Assembly (NCBI GenBank): GCA_965227515.1
Contig: CBDDFZ010000001.1
Location: forward strand, 96,001-160,000
Length of the DNA stretch: 64,000 nt
Source: Alphaproteobacteria bacterium
GTDB lineage: Bacteria > Pseudomonadota > Alphaproteobacteria > CALKHQ01
Direction: 5' to 3'
In this document: positions 1 through 13,053 of the stretch, in pieces
Position numbering within the stretch: position 1 is the stretch's first letter
How the letters are laid out: each line of letters opens with the position of its first letter
Translations under genes and position numbers: made by a program
Notes under the pieces: model-generated
The model's input: only the letters and a program-made list of their open reading frames with translations
Databases searched by the model: none
Told to the model about the DNA's origin: nothing

Positions 1-2
1 TC

Positions 3-326
3 GCTTTCGACCGGGATGGCCGGGCATGCGGGATGCTGATCTGGCGTCAGGTGTTGGAGACCGCCGATATCCTGGCTCTGGCGGTCGACCCGGCGGCGCG
101 TCGCCGCGGCATCGCCCGCGCATTGCTGACGCTGATGATCAATGGCATCCGTTTGGCCGGTGGCCAAACCGTGATGCTGGAAGTCGCGACATCGAACGCG
201 GCTGCTATACAATTGTATGCATCTTTGGACTTTCAGCCGGTCGGCCAGCGCCGTGGCTATTATCGCCGGCAGGACGGCGATCGGGAGGACGCACGGGTAA
301 TGTCGCTTAAGTTGTGTAACAAATGA
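3..326 (+). CDS. rimI: RimI-like GNAT N-acetyltransferase (5' truncated by window edge)
   Basis: ILALAVDP..RRRGIA (acetyl-CoA motif A) and LEV..SN..AI.LY...F..VG.R.GYY; frame is open to the window start. Confidence 0.8.
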   Translation, partial: AFDRDGRACGMLIWRQVLETADILALAVDPAARRRGIARALLTLMINGIRLAGGQTVMLEVATSNAAAIQLYASLDFQPVGQRRGYYRRQDGDREDARVMSLKLCNK

Positions 327-591
327 TGCATTGCACGTTTGCGTTGCTATGTGACACTTGGCCGCCGCCGTCATTTTGGAATGCAATAGCACTATCTTGA
401 GCGCCAATTGGTCGTTGCCTGCATGTTCATCCTGGCCAGCATAAATATTACACAACATTTCAAGAAAAACAGTTGCATTGGAAAAATCGGTCGATGTATG
501 TCTGGCTGATCTTTGCAGACTCAGAGGTCATGTGAAGACTGCCGCGCGCCAGCGGGGCAATCTGACTATCATTACAGAAGAAGGGACAAGA

Positions 592-1002
592 ATGGCTGAA
601 ACCGACGCGAGGGGCGAACTGTTGGCTTTGGCATCATCCATCGTTGCAGCGCACGTATCCCACAACAATCTGCCATCTTCAGAATTACCGCAGTTGTTGA
701 AGGACGTGTATACGACGCTGGATGAGCTCGGCAATGAACAGCAGGAACCGCAACCAAAACTTGAACCCGCGGTTCCGATCCGGAAGTCGATAACTCCGGA
801 CTTCATCGTGTGTCTGGAGGATGGCAAGAAGCTCAAGATGCTCAAGCGCCATCTGAAGACTGCATATGACCTCTCGCCAGAAGAATACCGCGAGCGTTGG
901 GGACTGCCGTCGGATTATCCGATGGTTGCACCGAACTACGCGAAGCAGCGCAGTCAACTCGCCAAGGAAATCGGCCTCGGCAGTCGCAAGCGCAAGCGCT
1001 AG
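592..1002 (+). CDS. mucR: MucR/Ros family zinc-finger transcriptional regulator
   Basis: PAVPIRKSITPDFIVCLEDGKKLKMLKRHL...YR.RWGLP.DYPMVAPNY signature; ATG at 592 after AAGGGA. Confidence 0.93.
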   Translation: MAETDARGELLALASSIVAAHVSHNNLPSSELPQLLKDVYTTLDELGNEQQEPQPKLEPAVPIRKSITPDFIVCLEDGKKLKMLKRHLKTAYDLSPEEYRERWGLPSDYPMVAPNYAKQRSQLAKEIGLGSRKRKR

Positions 1003-1313
1003 AGCTCCGCAGCCGAACGACGGCCCAGGCACGTATCGTCGCGCGCGGTCACGCTCAGCGGGGTAGCAGACGCCCCGTCAGCAGCCGATCCGTCCGCAGA
1101 TGCGCCGCCCGGCCAGACCGGCATCGGACCTCACACCAAGACACCCCCGCTTTCATGCAAGGCGGGGGTGATTTGATTCCGGCCGGGCGCGTCGGCGCAC
1201 GGAACCCGCGCCGAACCCGAGCAAGACCCGATCCGTATATTTGGCGCGTTTGGTTGGCCAATTTCGGCGATCAGCGCTATATTCCCCGCAGGCAAAATTA
1301 CCTGGGCTTGTGC

Positions 1314-1742
1314 ATGCTGGATCGTATCGAACGATTGGCATCGGAGAAGGGACTTAAGATGACCGACCAGCGGCGCGTCATTGCGCGCGTGCTGTCGTCG
1401 TCTGAGGACCATCCGGACGTCGCGCTGGTGCATCAGCGCGCGCAGGAAATCGACCCCAAGATCAGCATGGCGACGGTGTACCGCACCCTGCGCCTGTTCG
1501 AGGACGCCAAGTTGCTGGATCGCCACGACTTCGGCGATGGGCGCGCGCGCTACGAGGAGACCTCGAACGAGCACCACGATCATCTGATCGACGTGAATAC
1601 CGGCGAGGTCATCGAATTCCAGAACGAGGCGATCGAGAAGCTGCAGCGTTTGGTGGCGGAGGAACTGGGCTACGACCTGGTCGACCACCGGTTGGAGCTC
1701 TACGGCACCCGCCGCAGCGCCAAGGGCGGTCGCTCCCGATGA
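1314..1742 (+). CDS. fur: Fur family metal-uptake transcriptional regulator
   Basis: MTDQRRVI..DHPD..ISMATVYRTL..HHDHLID..HRLELYG; start placed at ATG 1314 inside the longer ORF. Confidence 0.92.
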   Translation: MLDRIERLASEKGLKMTDQRRVIARVLSSSEDHPDVALVHQRAQEIDPKISMATVYRTLRLFEDAKLLDRHDFGDGRARYEETSNEHHDHLIDVNTGEVIEFQNEAIEKLQRLVAEELGYDLVDHRLELYGTRRSAKGGRSR

Positions 1743-2632
1743 CGAGCAAGCCCGCCGTGCGCCTGTTCGGCAACCGCCGCATGCGCGACGACCGCGAGGC
1801 GATGCAGGACGCCGACGCCCTGCCGCGCCAGTTGGTCGACGGCCTCAGGTTCAGCAACCTGTCGGTCCGCCTGGCCCGGTCCGAGGACGAGATCGTCGCC
1901 TCGCAGCACCTGCGCTACCGCGTGTTCTATGAGGAAATGACAGCGACACCGACGCCGGAGATGAAGGAAAACCGGCGCGACTTCGACACCTACGACAATA
2001 TGTGCGACCACCTGCTGGTGCTCGACATGGACCGCGGCGACAACGCCAGCGGTGTCGTCGGCTCCTATCGCTTGCTGCGGCGCGGGCCGGCGATTGCGCA
2101 CGACGGCTTCTATACCGCCAAGGAATTCGACATCACGCCGCTGGAGAACTATGCCGGCGAGATCCTGGAGGTCGGCCGCAGCTGCGTCGACGTGGCGTAT
2201 CGGTCCGGCCCCACCATGCAACTGCTGTGGCGCGGCATCGCCGGCTACATCGCGCACCACGAGATCGCGATCCTGTTCGGCTGTGCCAGTTTCCCCGGCA
2301 CCAATCCGGAAGAGCACGCCGAGGTGATGTCGTATTTGCACCATTATCATCTGGCACCACCGGCCCTGCGTCCGAAGGCCCTGCCGGAGCGATATGTGAG
2401 CACGAACTTCATGCCCGCCAGCCAGGTCGACCGGCACCGCGCGCGGTCCGGCGTGCCGCCGCTGATCAAGGGCTACATACGGCTCGGCGGCGTGATCGGC
2501 GATGGCGCGGTCATCGACGAGCAGTTCGACACCACGGATGTGTGCATCGTCGTGAATACCGACCTCATTACCGACCGGTACTTCCGGCATTACCAGCGCG
2601 CCGTGGTCGATCGCATCACCTATGAAGAATAG
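1739..2632 (+). CDS. olsB: GNAT-family N-acyltransferase, ornithine lipid synthesis OlsB-like
   Basis: LRYRVFYEE, DFD.YD..CDHLLV, LEVGRSCV, PPLIKGYIRLG; adjacent to an OlsA-like gene; ATGA overlap with fur. Confidence 0.8.
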   Translation: MTSKPAVRLFGNRRMRDDREAMQDADALPRQLVDGLRFSNLSVRLARSEDEIVASQHLRYRVFYEEMTATPTPEMKENRRDFDTYDNMCDHLLVLDMDRGDNASGVVGSYRLLRRGPAIAHDGFYTAKEFDITPLENYAGEILEVGRSCVDVAYRSGPTMQLLWRGIAGYIAHHEIAILFGCASFPGTNPEEHAEVMSYLHHYHLAPPALRPKALPERYVSTNFMPASQVDRHRARSGVPPLIKGYIRLGGVIGDGAVIDEQFDTTDVCIVVNTDLITDRYFRHYQRAVVDRITYEE

Positions 2633-3569
2633 TCTGACGGCCTATGATCCGGTGCCCGATGTGGCGCCGTCGTCGCCGTTTCGCTCGTTCTGGCGGCTGA
2701 TCGTCTACCTGTTGTGGAACCTGCTGATGGTGCCCACCCAGGCACTGGCGGTGCTGGTGTCGAAGCGGCTGTCGAAGCGAGTGCCGATCGTCTACCACCG
2801 CAACTGCCTGCGCGCGCTGGGTTGCCGGGTGCGGCGCCATGGCCGGCCCGCGCGCGGCAAGTCGGTGCTCTACGTCGCCAACCACACCTCCTACATCGAC
2901 ATCACGGTGCTCGGCTCCATCCTGCAGGCGTCCTTCATCGCCAAGTCGGAGATCAAGGACTGGCCGATCTTCGGCACCCTGGCCAAGCTGCAACAGTCGA
3001 TCTTCGTCGACCGCAAGCCGCAGAACGCGCGGGCGCACGCCGAGGAAATGACCAAGCGCATGATGGAGGGCGACAGCCTGATCCTGTTCCCGGAGGGCAC
3101 CACCAGCGACGGCAACATGGTGATGCGCTTCAAGAGCGCGCTGTTCAAGGTGGCGGACACCCGGATCGACGACAAGGCGGTCACCGTGCAGCCCATCTCC
3201 ATCGCCTATGCGCGTGTCGATGGCTTGCCCATGGGCCGCCATTTGCGCCCGTTCTTCGCCTGGTATGGCGACATGGACATGGTGACCCACCTCTGGCAGC
3301 TGCTGGGCATGAGCCGGGTCGGCATCGACGTGATCTTCCACCGCCCGGTCACGCTGGACGAGTTCGAGTCCCGCAAGGCCCTGTCGGACCACTGCCAGAA
3401 CGTCATCGCGCGCGGCGTTTCCGATTCGCTCGCCGGCCACTACGCCAAGCGGCGCCAGCGGCGGCGCCTGCTGTCGCGGCGCCAGAAGGACCGGCCCGGA
3501 ACCGGGGCAGCGGGCGGGGCCACGGCGCCGGCCGCCGCGTCGTCGGCGATGGCCCAACAGGCGGAGTGA
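2622..3569 (+). CDS. Lysophospholipid / lyso-ornithine lipid acyltransferase (PlsC/OlsA family)
   Basis: NHTSYID (HX4D) and FPEGT motifs; follows olsB-like gene. Confidence 0.85.
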   Translation: MKNSLTAYDPVPDVAPSSPFRSFWRLIVYLLWNLLMVPTQALAVLVSKRLSKRVPIVYHRNCLRALGCRVRRHGRPARGKSVLYVANHTSYIDITVLGSILQASFIAKSEIKDWPIFGTLAKLQQSIFVDRKPQNARAHAEEMTKRMMEGDSLILFPEGTTSDGNMVMRFKSALFKVADTRIDDKAVTVQPISIAYARVDGLPMGRHLRPFFAWYGDMDMVTHLWQLLGMSRVGIDVIFHRPVTLDEFESRKALSDHCQNVIARGVSDSLAGHYAKRRQRRRLLSRRQKDRPGTGAAGGATAPAAASSAMAQQAE

Positions 3570-3645
3570 GGACCATCGCAACCGCCTTCAATACCGCCAT
3601 CTGTTCCGCCACGGCGCGCTTGGCCCTGCAGGGAGCACGACCGGC

Positions 3646-5069
3646 GTGACGAAGCGGGTCTACGTCAAGACCTATGGCTGCCAGATGAACGTGTACGATT
3701 CGGAGCGGATCGTTGAGGCACTGGCGGCCGGCGGATATCGGCCCACCGAAACGCCCGAGGACGCCTCGCTGGTGGTGCTGAACACGTGCCATATTCGCGA
3801 GAAGGCGGCGGAGAAGGTCTATTCCGACCTCGGCCGGCTGCGCAAGCTGCCGCGCGCGGACGCCAGCCAACCGGTGCACACGGTGGTCGCCGGGTGCGTC
3901 GCGCAGGCCGAGGGCGACGAGATCGTGCGGCGCGCGCCCAACGTCGACATCGTGATCGGGCCGCAAGCCTATCACCGCCTGCCCGAGCTGCTGGACAAGG
4001 TGGCCGGCGGTGAGCGCGGCATCGTCGCGACCGATTTTCCGGCCGAGAGCAAGTTCGACCACCTGCCCGAGGAGCGGGCGACCAGCGGGGCCAGTGCGTT
4101 CCTGACCATTCAGGAAGGCTGCGACAAGTTCTGCACCTTCTGCGTCGTGCCCTATACCCGTGGCGCCGAGCAGTCCCGACCGGCGGCCGACGTGGTTGCC
4201 GAGGCACGCCGGCTGGTGGCAGGCGGAGCAGTGGAACTGACCCTGCTCGGCCAGAACGTGAATGCCTACCACGGGCTTGCTCATGACGATGCGGCAAGTT
4301 CTGGCGCAACCTGGGGCCTGGGCCGGCTGATCCGCGCGCTGGCGGAGATCGAGGGCCTGGCGCGCCTGCGCTACACCACCTCGCACCCCCGCGACGTCGA
4401 CGACGAGCTTGTGGAAGCCCACCGCGACGTGCCGGCGTTGATGCCGTTCCTGCACCTGCCCGTGCAATCGGGCTCGGACCCGGTGCTGGCGGCGATGAAT
4501 CGGCGCCATAGCGCCGACGACTATCGCCGCATCGTCGCGCGGCTGCGCAACGCGCGGCCCGACCTTGCGTTGTCGTCGGACTTCATCGTCGGCTTCCCGG
4601 GCGAGACCGATGCCGACTTCGCCGCCACCATGGCGCTGGTGCGCGAGATCGGTTTCGTGCAGGCCTATTCCTTCAAGTACAGCCCGCGCCCGGGCACCCC
4701 GGCGGCGGACCGCGAGGACGCCGGCGAAGGCGCGGTGCCGGAGGCGGTCAAGGACGCGCGACTGGCCGAGCTGCAAGCGGAACTGCGCCAGCAGCAGACT
4801 GCGTTCAACCGCGCCCAGGTTGGCCGCACCCTGCCGGTGCTGATGGAACGCGCCGGGCGCTATGACGGCCAGATGGTCGGCCGCAGCCCGTTCATGCAGC
4901 CGGTGCATGCCACCGCGGCAGCCGCCACCGCCGGCACCGTGGTCGACGTGCACATCACGGCAGCGATGCCGAACAGCTTGGCCGGCGAACTTGCCGGCGT
5001 TCCACCAGCTTCCGAACCACCGGCGTCCGAACCGATACCGGCGGCGGACCTTGCCACCGCGGTCGGCGC

Positions 5070-5073
<4 letters not shown>
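3646..5073 (+). CDS. miaB: tRNA 2-methylthio-N6-isopentenyladenosine synthase
   Basis: [29 protein letters not shown] radical-SAM motif, C-terminal TRAM domain. Confidence 0.96.
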
Positions 5074-6086
<1,013 letters not shown>

Positions 6087-6157
6087 AACATGCCAGAATG
6101 CAGCGGGGTCGACGTGCGCGGGCAACCGCGTCACCCACCCGTGACGGTGTAGCGAAG

Positions 6158-6793
6158 ATGGAAAGCGAGCACCCTCCCAGTCCTGTGCCGGCCGTAGAGC
6201 GGTCGGCTGACCTTGATGACCAATCCAACGACGTGCAAGCGGTCGCGATCTGCGTGACGGTGGACGACGATGGCTGGCGCGCGGCGCTCGCCACGGCGGA
6301 CGGCCAACCGCGCGATGACGTGGAAGCGGTGGCCGAGCAGGCCGCGCGCGCCGCGCTCGCCGCGCGGGGCCCGGTGCGGGCAGCGGCCGAACTCGGCATC
6401 ACCCTGACCGGCGACGCCGCCGTGCGCGACCTCAACCGCGACTGGCGCGGGCGCGACGCGACCACCAATGTGCTGGCGTTTCCGATGGATGCGCCCGACG
6501 ACGTCGCACTTGGCGGGTCCGACGGCGACGCATCGCCCGTGCTGTTGGGCGACGTTGTGCTGGCCTGGCCAAGGGTGGCCGAGGAGGCCGCCGCCGCCGG
6601 CCGGCCGGTCGCCAACCACCTGCGCCACCTGGTCGTCCACGGCGTGCTGCACCTTCTGGGCTACGACCACATCGACGAGGCCGACGCCGAGGAGATGGAA
6701 TCGATGGAGCGCACCGTGCTGGCCGCGCTCGGCGTGCCGGACCCGTATGCGGACCCCGAAGCGCCCGGAAACGAGCCGGGAGACGCGCCATGA
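6158..6793 (+). CDS. ybeY: rRNA maturation endoribonuclease YbeY (start uncertain)
   Basis: LNRDWRG...TNVLAF, LGDVVL, HGVLHLLGYDH metal motif. Confidence 0.93.
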   Translation: MESEHPPSPVPAVERSADLDDQSNDVQAVAICVTVDDDGWRAALATADGQPRDDVEAVAEQAARAALAARGPVRAAAELGITLTGDAAVRDLNRDWRGRDATTNVLAFPMDAPDDVALGGSDGDASPVLLGDVVLAWPRVAEEAAAAGRPVANHLRHLVVHGVLHLLGYDHIDEADAEEMESMERTVLAALGVPDPYADPEAPGNEPGDAP

Positions 6794-7704
6794 GCGCCAG
6801 CGGTAACGGCCACGCTTCCGGCGGCGGCAACGGCCCGGGCAACGGGCGGCGGTTCGGCTGGCTGAAGGCGCTGTTCCGGCGCCGCAACGGCGACACGTTG
6901 CGCGACGTGATCGAGGAACTCGCGGTCTCCGACCACGCCGACATCGATCCCGACGAAGGCAGCGAACAGGCCCTGCTCGCCAACGTGCTGCGCATGAGCA
7001 GCCGCACGGTGGAGGACGTCATGGTGCCGCGGCCCGACGTGGTCGCGGTGGAGATCACAACGCCGCTATCCGAATTGATCAGCGTGATCAGCGTCGAGGC
7101 CCATTCGCGCATGCCGGTCTACAAGGAGAACCTCGACAACGTCGCCGGCTTCATGCACATCAAGGACTTGATCGGCTGGTGGGACCGCGCCGAAAGCTTC
7201 CGCCTCGAGGACATCATGCGGGAGGTGCTGTTCGTGCCGCCGTCGATGCCGGTCCTGGACCTGCTGCTGGAAATGCGCCAGTCGCGGGTGCACATGGCCA
7301 TGGTGGTCGACGAGTTCGGCGGCGTCGACGGGCTGGTCAGCATCGAGGATGTGGTCGAAGAGATCGTCGGCGACATCCGCGATGAGCACGAGGACGAGGA
7401 AGACCTGGAAATCGTGCGCCGCGCCGACGGCACAGTGATCGCGGACGCGCGCATGTCGCTGGACGCGTTCGAGGAGGCGGTCGGGCAGTTCGCGACACCC
7501 GAGGAGCGGGACGAGGTGGAGACATTGGGGGGCATGGTGTTCACGATCGCCGACAGGGTGCCGGGCCGTGGCGAGGTGCTGACCCACGACTCCGGCGTCG
7601 AGTTCGAGGTGCTGGACGCCGACCCGCGCCGCATCAACAAGCTGCGCATCCGCCGGCTGCCGCCGGGGGGTAGCGACGCCTCCCACGCGGCGTCCGGCAA
7701 ATGA
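6790..7704 (+). CDS. corC: CBS-domain HlyC/CorC (YbeX) family protein
   Basis: MVPRPD, HSRMPVY, VVDEFGGVDGLVSIEDVVEEIVGDI.DEHE, C-terminal transporter-associated domain. Confidence 0.88.
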   Translation: MSASGNGHASGGGNGPGNGRRFGWLKALFRRRNGDTLRDVIEELAVSDHADIDPDEGSEQALLANVLRMSSRTVEDVMVPRPDVVAVEITTPLSELISVISVEAHSRMPVYKENLDNVAGFMHIKDLIGWWDRAESFRLEDIMREVLFVPPSMPVLDLLLEMRQSRVHMAMVVDEFGGVDGLVSIEDVVEEIVGDIRDEHEDEEDLEIVRRADGTVIADARMSLDAFEEAVGQFATPEERDEVETLGGMVFTIADRVPGRGEVLTHDSGVEFEVLDADPRRINKLRIRRLPPGGSDASHAASGK

Positions 7705-9407
7705 CGGCCACGCCGCCGCCTGCAGGCCAGCACGCGGTGGCGCCCGCCTGGACCCACAGAACAGCGGACTGGTTTGCCGGCCTGACCGGCCTGCGCCGCC
7801 TGGGCATGGCGTTCCTGGCCGGCGCGCTGTCGGCGGTCGCGATGCCGCCGCTATATGCATTTCCGGCGCTGTTCGTCGGGCTGATCGTGTTCGTGTGGAT
7901 CGCCGACGGCACGCTTGCCGCGCGCAAGCCGCGGCGCAGCGCGTTCTGGACCGGCTGGTTCTTCGGCTGGGGCTATTTCATCGTCGGCCTGTGGTGGGTC
8001 GCCAACGCCATGCTGGTCAACGCCGACCGCTGGTGGTGGATGATCCCGTTCGCGATCGCCGGCCTGCCGGCGCTGCTGGCCGTGTTCTGGGGCATCGCGC
8101 TGACCTTCTGGCGCTTCTGGGCCCGGCGCGGCCGCGCGCGGATTCCGGCGCTGGCGGTGGCGCTGGCCCTGGCCGAGTGGCTGCGCGGCCACGTGCTGAC
8201 CGGCTTTCCGTGGAACCTGCCCGGCCAGACCTGGGGACCGTTCGACAGCCTGCTGCAGTCGAATGCCTGGATCGGCGCCTATGGGCTGACCGCGCTGACC
8301 CTGCTGGCCGCCGTATCGCTGGCGGTATTTGTGCCGTCGCGGGCCGAACGCATGGCTGGCGCGGCGGCGACCGGGCGCTGGTGGCTCTTTCCCGCCGCGA
8401 TGGTCGTGGTCTTCGCACTGATGGCCGTCGGCGGGCACATCAGGCTGGGCGGCGCGCCGGCGATCGACCCAGATGCGGACGGGCTCCGGGTGCGCCTGGT
8501 GCAGCCCAACATCGGCCAGGCCGAGAAGTGGGAAGACGTCCGCCGCATCCCCAATGTTTACGACCAGATTGCCCAGTCACAGGGCGACGGCCTGGACGAC
8601 ATCGACCTGGTGATCTGGTCGGAGACGGCGGTCACCTTCCCGGTCGACCTGGACCCGGACTGGCTGGCCCAGCTCGCGGCGGCGGCCCCGCCCGGCGGCC
8701 ACCTGCTGACCGGCGTGCTGCGCGCCGAGCCGGCGACAGCCCCCGCCGACCAGGACGACGCGGCACAGTCGGTCCCCAACGCCAATGCCACGCCGCCCCC
8801 GCCGCGCCTCTATAACTCGATGCTGGTGGTCGACGACCAGGGCCAGGCCGTGGCGCACTACGACAAGAGCCATCTGGTCCCGTTCGGCGAATACATGCCC
8901 GGCGGCGAGCTGCTGTCGTTCATGCTGGTCACCGGTGGCGGCTTCACCCCGGGGCCCGGCATCCAGACTTTGGCGCTGGACGGCGTGCCGGCGTTCAGCC
9001 CGCTGATCTGCTACGAGGTCATCTTCCCCGGCGCGGTGACGTCGGGCGACGGCCCGCGCCCGGAATGGCTGCTGAACATCACCAACGACGCCTGGTACGG
9101 CGACAGTCCCGGCCCGCGCCAGCACTTCCAGATCGCGCGCCTGCGCACGATCGAGGAAGGCATGCCGCTGGTCCGTGTGGCCAACACCGGCATTTCCGGC
9201 GCGGTCGACGCCTATGGCCGCGTCATCGACACCGTGCCCCTGGTGACATCGGGCGTGCTGGACGTGACTGTGCCGCCGCCATTGCCGGACGGCACCCTCT
9301 ACACCCTATGGGGCGATCTGCCGTTCTTGCTGCTCTGCGTTGCGGTGCTGGCCGCGGGCTTGTTCGTGCGCCCCGTATTGACCGCGGCCACCGGCAGCGT
9401 AAGTTGA
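7701..9407 (+). CDS. lnt: Apolipoprotein N-acyltransferase
   Basis: N-terminal TM helices, GFPWN, VQPNI, W.E, YDK.HLVPFGEY, ICYE, NDAW, ANTGIS. Confidence 0.95.
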   Translation: MTATPPPAGQHAVAPAWTHRTADWFAGLTGLRRLGMAFLAGALSAVAMPPLYAFPALFVGLIVFVWIADGTLAARKPRRSAFWTGWFFGWGYFIVGLWWVANAMLVNADRWWWMIPFAIAGLPALLAVFWGIALTFWRFWARRGRARIPALAVALALAEWLRGHVLTGFPWNLPGQTWGPFDSLLQSNAWIGAYGLTALTLLAAVSLAVFVPSRAERMAGAAATGRWWLFPAAMVVVFALMAVGGHIRLGGAPAIDPDADGLRVRLVQPNIGQAEKWEDVRRIPNVYDQIAQSQGDGLDDIDLVIWSETAVTFPVDLDPDWLAQLAAAAPPGGHLLTGVLRAEPATAPADQDDAAQSVPNANATPPPPRLYNSMLVVDDQGQAVAHYDKSHLVPFGEYMPGGELLSFMLVTGGGFTPGPGIQTLALDGVPAFSPLICYEVIFPGAVTSGDGPRPEWLLNITNDAWYGDSPGPRQHFQIARLRTIEEGMPLVRVANTGISGAVDAYGRVIDTVPLVTSGVLDVTVPPPLPDGTLYTLWGDLPFLLLCVAVLAAGLFVRPVLTAATGSVS

Positions 9408-9432
9408 CTGACGTATGTAACCACCTTTCCCT

Positions 9433-9471
9433 GGTTGACTGAATACATAAGTATGACGTATTCAGCCAACC
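9433..9471. promoter_or_regulatory. AT-rich inverted repeat, candidate operator upstream of the XRE regulator
   Basis: GGTTGACTGAATAC-11 nt-GTATTCAGCCAACC (13 of 14 positions complementary); extra GTTGACTGA copy at ~9403. Confidence 0.45.
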
Positions 9472-9646
9472 GGTTGCTCGCAGACTCGGGCCATTGGCCG
9501 CTCGAGGCGCGTCCTGTCCATTTGCCCGCACAGGTATGGCGGCACATGGCCAGTGTGGCCCGTCGGGCGGCATGATGCAGGACGGTTGGGGGGATGGGAA
9601 TTTTCCCATCGCCGGATTGCTGTGCTTGACGGAGGTTCCAGTCACG

Positions 9647-10114
9647 ATGCCCGCACCGAAGAAGAAGCGAATCGACACGACACGGCGCGGACGCGGTGGC
9701 AAGCCGCACCCGGTGGACATGCATGTCGGATCGCGGGTGCGCCTGCGCCGGACCCTGCTCGGCATGAGCCAGGAGAAGCTGGGCGAGGCCATCGGGCTGA
9801 CGTTCCAGCAGGTCCAGAAATACGAGCGCGGCGCGAACCGCATCGGATCGTCGCGGTTGTACGAGTTGAGCCGGGTTCTGGACGTGCCGGTGTCGTTCTT
9901 CTTCGACGACATGCCGGACGATGTGGCGGCGGGCGACTACAGCGGCGGGCTGATGGAAGGCACGGACGAGTATGATGCCGGCGATCCGCTGACCAAGCGC
10001 GAGACCCTGGAGCTGGTCCGCGCCTACTACAAGATCACCGATGCGCCGGTCCGCAAGCGCCTGTTCGAATTGACGAAGTCGCTGGCCAAGGCGAACGAGG
10101 ACCCGGCGGGCTGA
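9647..10114 (+). CDS. XRE-family helix-turn-helix transcriptional regulator
   Basis: PHPVD.HVG.RVRLRR...GMSQEKLGEAIGLTFQQVQKYERGANRI; usual lnt-HTH-metK position in alphaproteobacteria. Confidence 0.92.
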   Translation: MPAPKKKRIDTTRRGRGGKPHPVDMHVGSRVRLRRTLLGMSQEKLGEAIGLTFQQVQKYERGANRIGSSRLYELSRVLDVPVSFFFDDMPDDVAAGDYSGGLMEGTDEYDAGDPLTKRETLELVRAYYKITDAPVRKRLFELTKSLAKANEDPAG

Positions 10115-10291
10115 ACGCCGCGTCCGGCCGGTCGTTCCGTGTCGATTGATCCAAGGCGCTTGACGACGCACCTGACGGTTGCGTAAGTAGCCCGCCGATT
10201 TGGGCAGCGCCGTGTGGCGCACGAATGTCCGTAGTGCGGCATTCCACACTGCAGTTTTCCAGACACAGCAACGATACATTCTCCGGGGGTC

Positions 10292-11467
<1,176 letters not shown>

Positions 11468-11489
11468 GCGACGCCGCCCGGCTGCGCCA

Positions 11490-12221
11490 ATGCCGGAAGC
11501 ACCCCCGCCCGACAAGACGCCGATCCGACGGGTCTATGGTCGTCGCGCCACCCGCAAGCTCCGGCCCGGACTGCAACGCCGGCTGACCGAGGATTTGCCG
11601 CGGCTCGCCGTGCCCATGCGGCGCGCGGCAGATGGCGGCTGGCAACAGATCGACCCCGCCACGCTGTTCGCACCGGCGGTGCGCGAGATCTGGCTGGAAA
11701 TCGGCTTCGGGGCCGGCGAGCACCTGGCATGGCAGGCCGCACACAACGCCCAGGCCGGTGTCATCGGCTGCGAGCCCTACAGCAACGGTGTGGCGAGCCT
11801 TCTGCGCTATGTCGCCGAGCAGGGCCTGGCCAACGTGGCCGTCCACCATGGCGATGTGCGCGACGTGATCGACGCGCTGCCCGATGCGTCGTTGTCGCGC
11901 GCGTTCATCCTGTTTCCGGACCCCTGGCCGAAGCGCCGCCATCGCGACCGCCGCATCGTGTCGCCCGAAACGCTGGACACCCTGGGCCGCGCGATGGCCG
12001 ACGGCGGCGAATTGCGGCTGGCCAGCGACGACCCGACCCAGATCGCCTGGATGCTGCAGACCGCGCCGGCGCACCCGCTGTTTCAGTGGCACGTGAGCGG
12101 ACCGGCGGACTGGCAGACCCGCCCCGACGACTGGCCGGAGACCCGTTACGAGGCGAAAGCGCGCGCCGCGGGGCGTGCGCCGGTGTTCCTGCGGCTGCGC
12201 CGCCGGCGAAGAAAAGCTTGA
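11490..12221 (+). CDS. trmB: tRNA (guanine-N7)-methyltransferase
   Basis: LEIGFGAGEH, FPDPWPKRRHR.RR, TRYEAKA. Confidence 0.94.
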   Translation: MPEAPPPDKTPIRRVYGRRATRKLRPGLQRRLTEDLPRLAVPMRRAADGGWQQIDPATLFAPAVREIWLEIGFGAGEHLAWQAAHNAQAGVIGCEPYSNGVASLLRYVAEQGLANVAVHHGDVRDVIDALPDASLSRAFILFPDPWPKRRHRDRRIVSPETLDTLGRAMADGGELRLASDDPTQIAWMLQTAPAHPLFQWHVSGPADWQTRPDDWPETRYEAKARAAGRAPVFLRLRRRRRKA

Positions 12222-12300
12222 AGTTTTCCGCCAAACGACCATAAATAGCCGTGGATGCACAAACGCTGAGCATCTGCTCCGACAAACCGTGATCTAACGC

Positions 12301-12330
12301 GGGTGGGCGAAAGCCCGCCTTTTTTGTTTT
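12301..12330 (+). terminator. Intrinsic terminator-like hairpin in the rimP leader (possible attenuator of rimP-nusA-infB)
   Basis: GGTGGGC-GAAA-GCCCGCC stem-loop followed by TTTTTTGTTTT, ~70 nt before the rimP start. Confidence 0.7.
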
Positions 12331-12397
12331 GCAAGCGCGGTGTCCCGGGGCCGCCCGGATACCGGGCACGAACGATTTGAGACTTGAGCCGATTTTT

Positions 12398-12997
12398 ATG
12401 GTGGCTGTCGCGGAAGGAATTGGCGCGCGGGTCGCGCGGGAGATCGAGCCGTCGCTCGAGGCGATGGGCTTCATGCTGGTGCGGGTTCAGTTGTCCGGCA
12501 CCGGCACCCGCACGCTGCAGATCATGGCCGAGCCGCTGGATGGGCGGACGATGACCGTGGACGATTGCGCGGAAATCAGCACCAACGTGTCGGCGCTGCT
12601 GGACGTGTCCGATCCGATCAGCGGGCGCTACCAGTTGGAGGTGAGTTCGCCCGGCATCGACCGGCCGCTCACCCGGCCCGTCGACTTCGCCCGATTCGCC
12701 GGGTTCGTCGCCCGCATCGAGCTCGGCACGCCGCTGGATGGGCGCAAGCGCCTGAAAGGGCGGTTGATCGGCGCCGACGACGCCACCGCGCCGGCGCGGG
12801 TGACCGTCGACGTTGACGGCGCGCGACTGGAGCTGGAGATCGGCCATATCGCGCGCGCCAAGCTGGTGATGACCGACGACCTCGTGGACGCGGCCACCAA
12901 GGGATTGCTGCCGGCACCGGGCGATGCGCCGCCCGCCGGCACCGCCGAGGCCCAGAACGAGGCCGAGGGCGGTATCGATACACATGCGCGGAACTGA
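12398..12997 (+). CDS. rimP: Ribosome maturation factor RimP
   Basis: LQIMAE..DG..MTVDDC, LDV.DPI...Y.LEVSSPGIDRPL; upstream of nusA. Confidence 0.94.
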   Translation: MVAVAEGIGARVAREIEPSLEAMGFMLVRVQLSGTGTRTLQIMAEPLDGRTMTVDDCAEISTNVSALLDVSDPISGRYQLEVSSPGIDRPLTRPVDFARFAGFVARIELGTPLDGRKRLKGRLIGADDATAPARVTVDVDGARLELEIGHIARAKLVMTDDLVDAATKGLLPAPGDAPPAGTAEAQNEAEGGIDTHARN

Positions 12998-13053
12998 GGC
13001 CGAAACAGGACCGGACGATAAGGTCCGAGGCCCGAACCAGGGGTAACAAGCTC

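Noticed and set aside
897-1313. N-terminal extensions of fur (and similarly mucR, rbfA, truB, RTX) in the ORF track
   Set aside because: Extensions are low-complexity and lack family motifs; downstream ATGs fit the expected protein starts better
10115-10291. Possible SAM-II or SAM-SAH riboswitch upstream of metK
   Set aside because: GCCGATTTG resembles the 5' part, but I could not find the matching GCTAAA-type 3' pseudoknot segment; not supported without a covariance search
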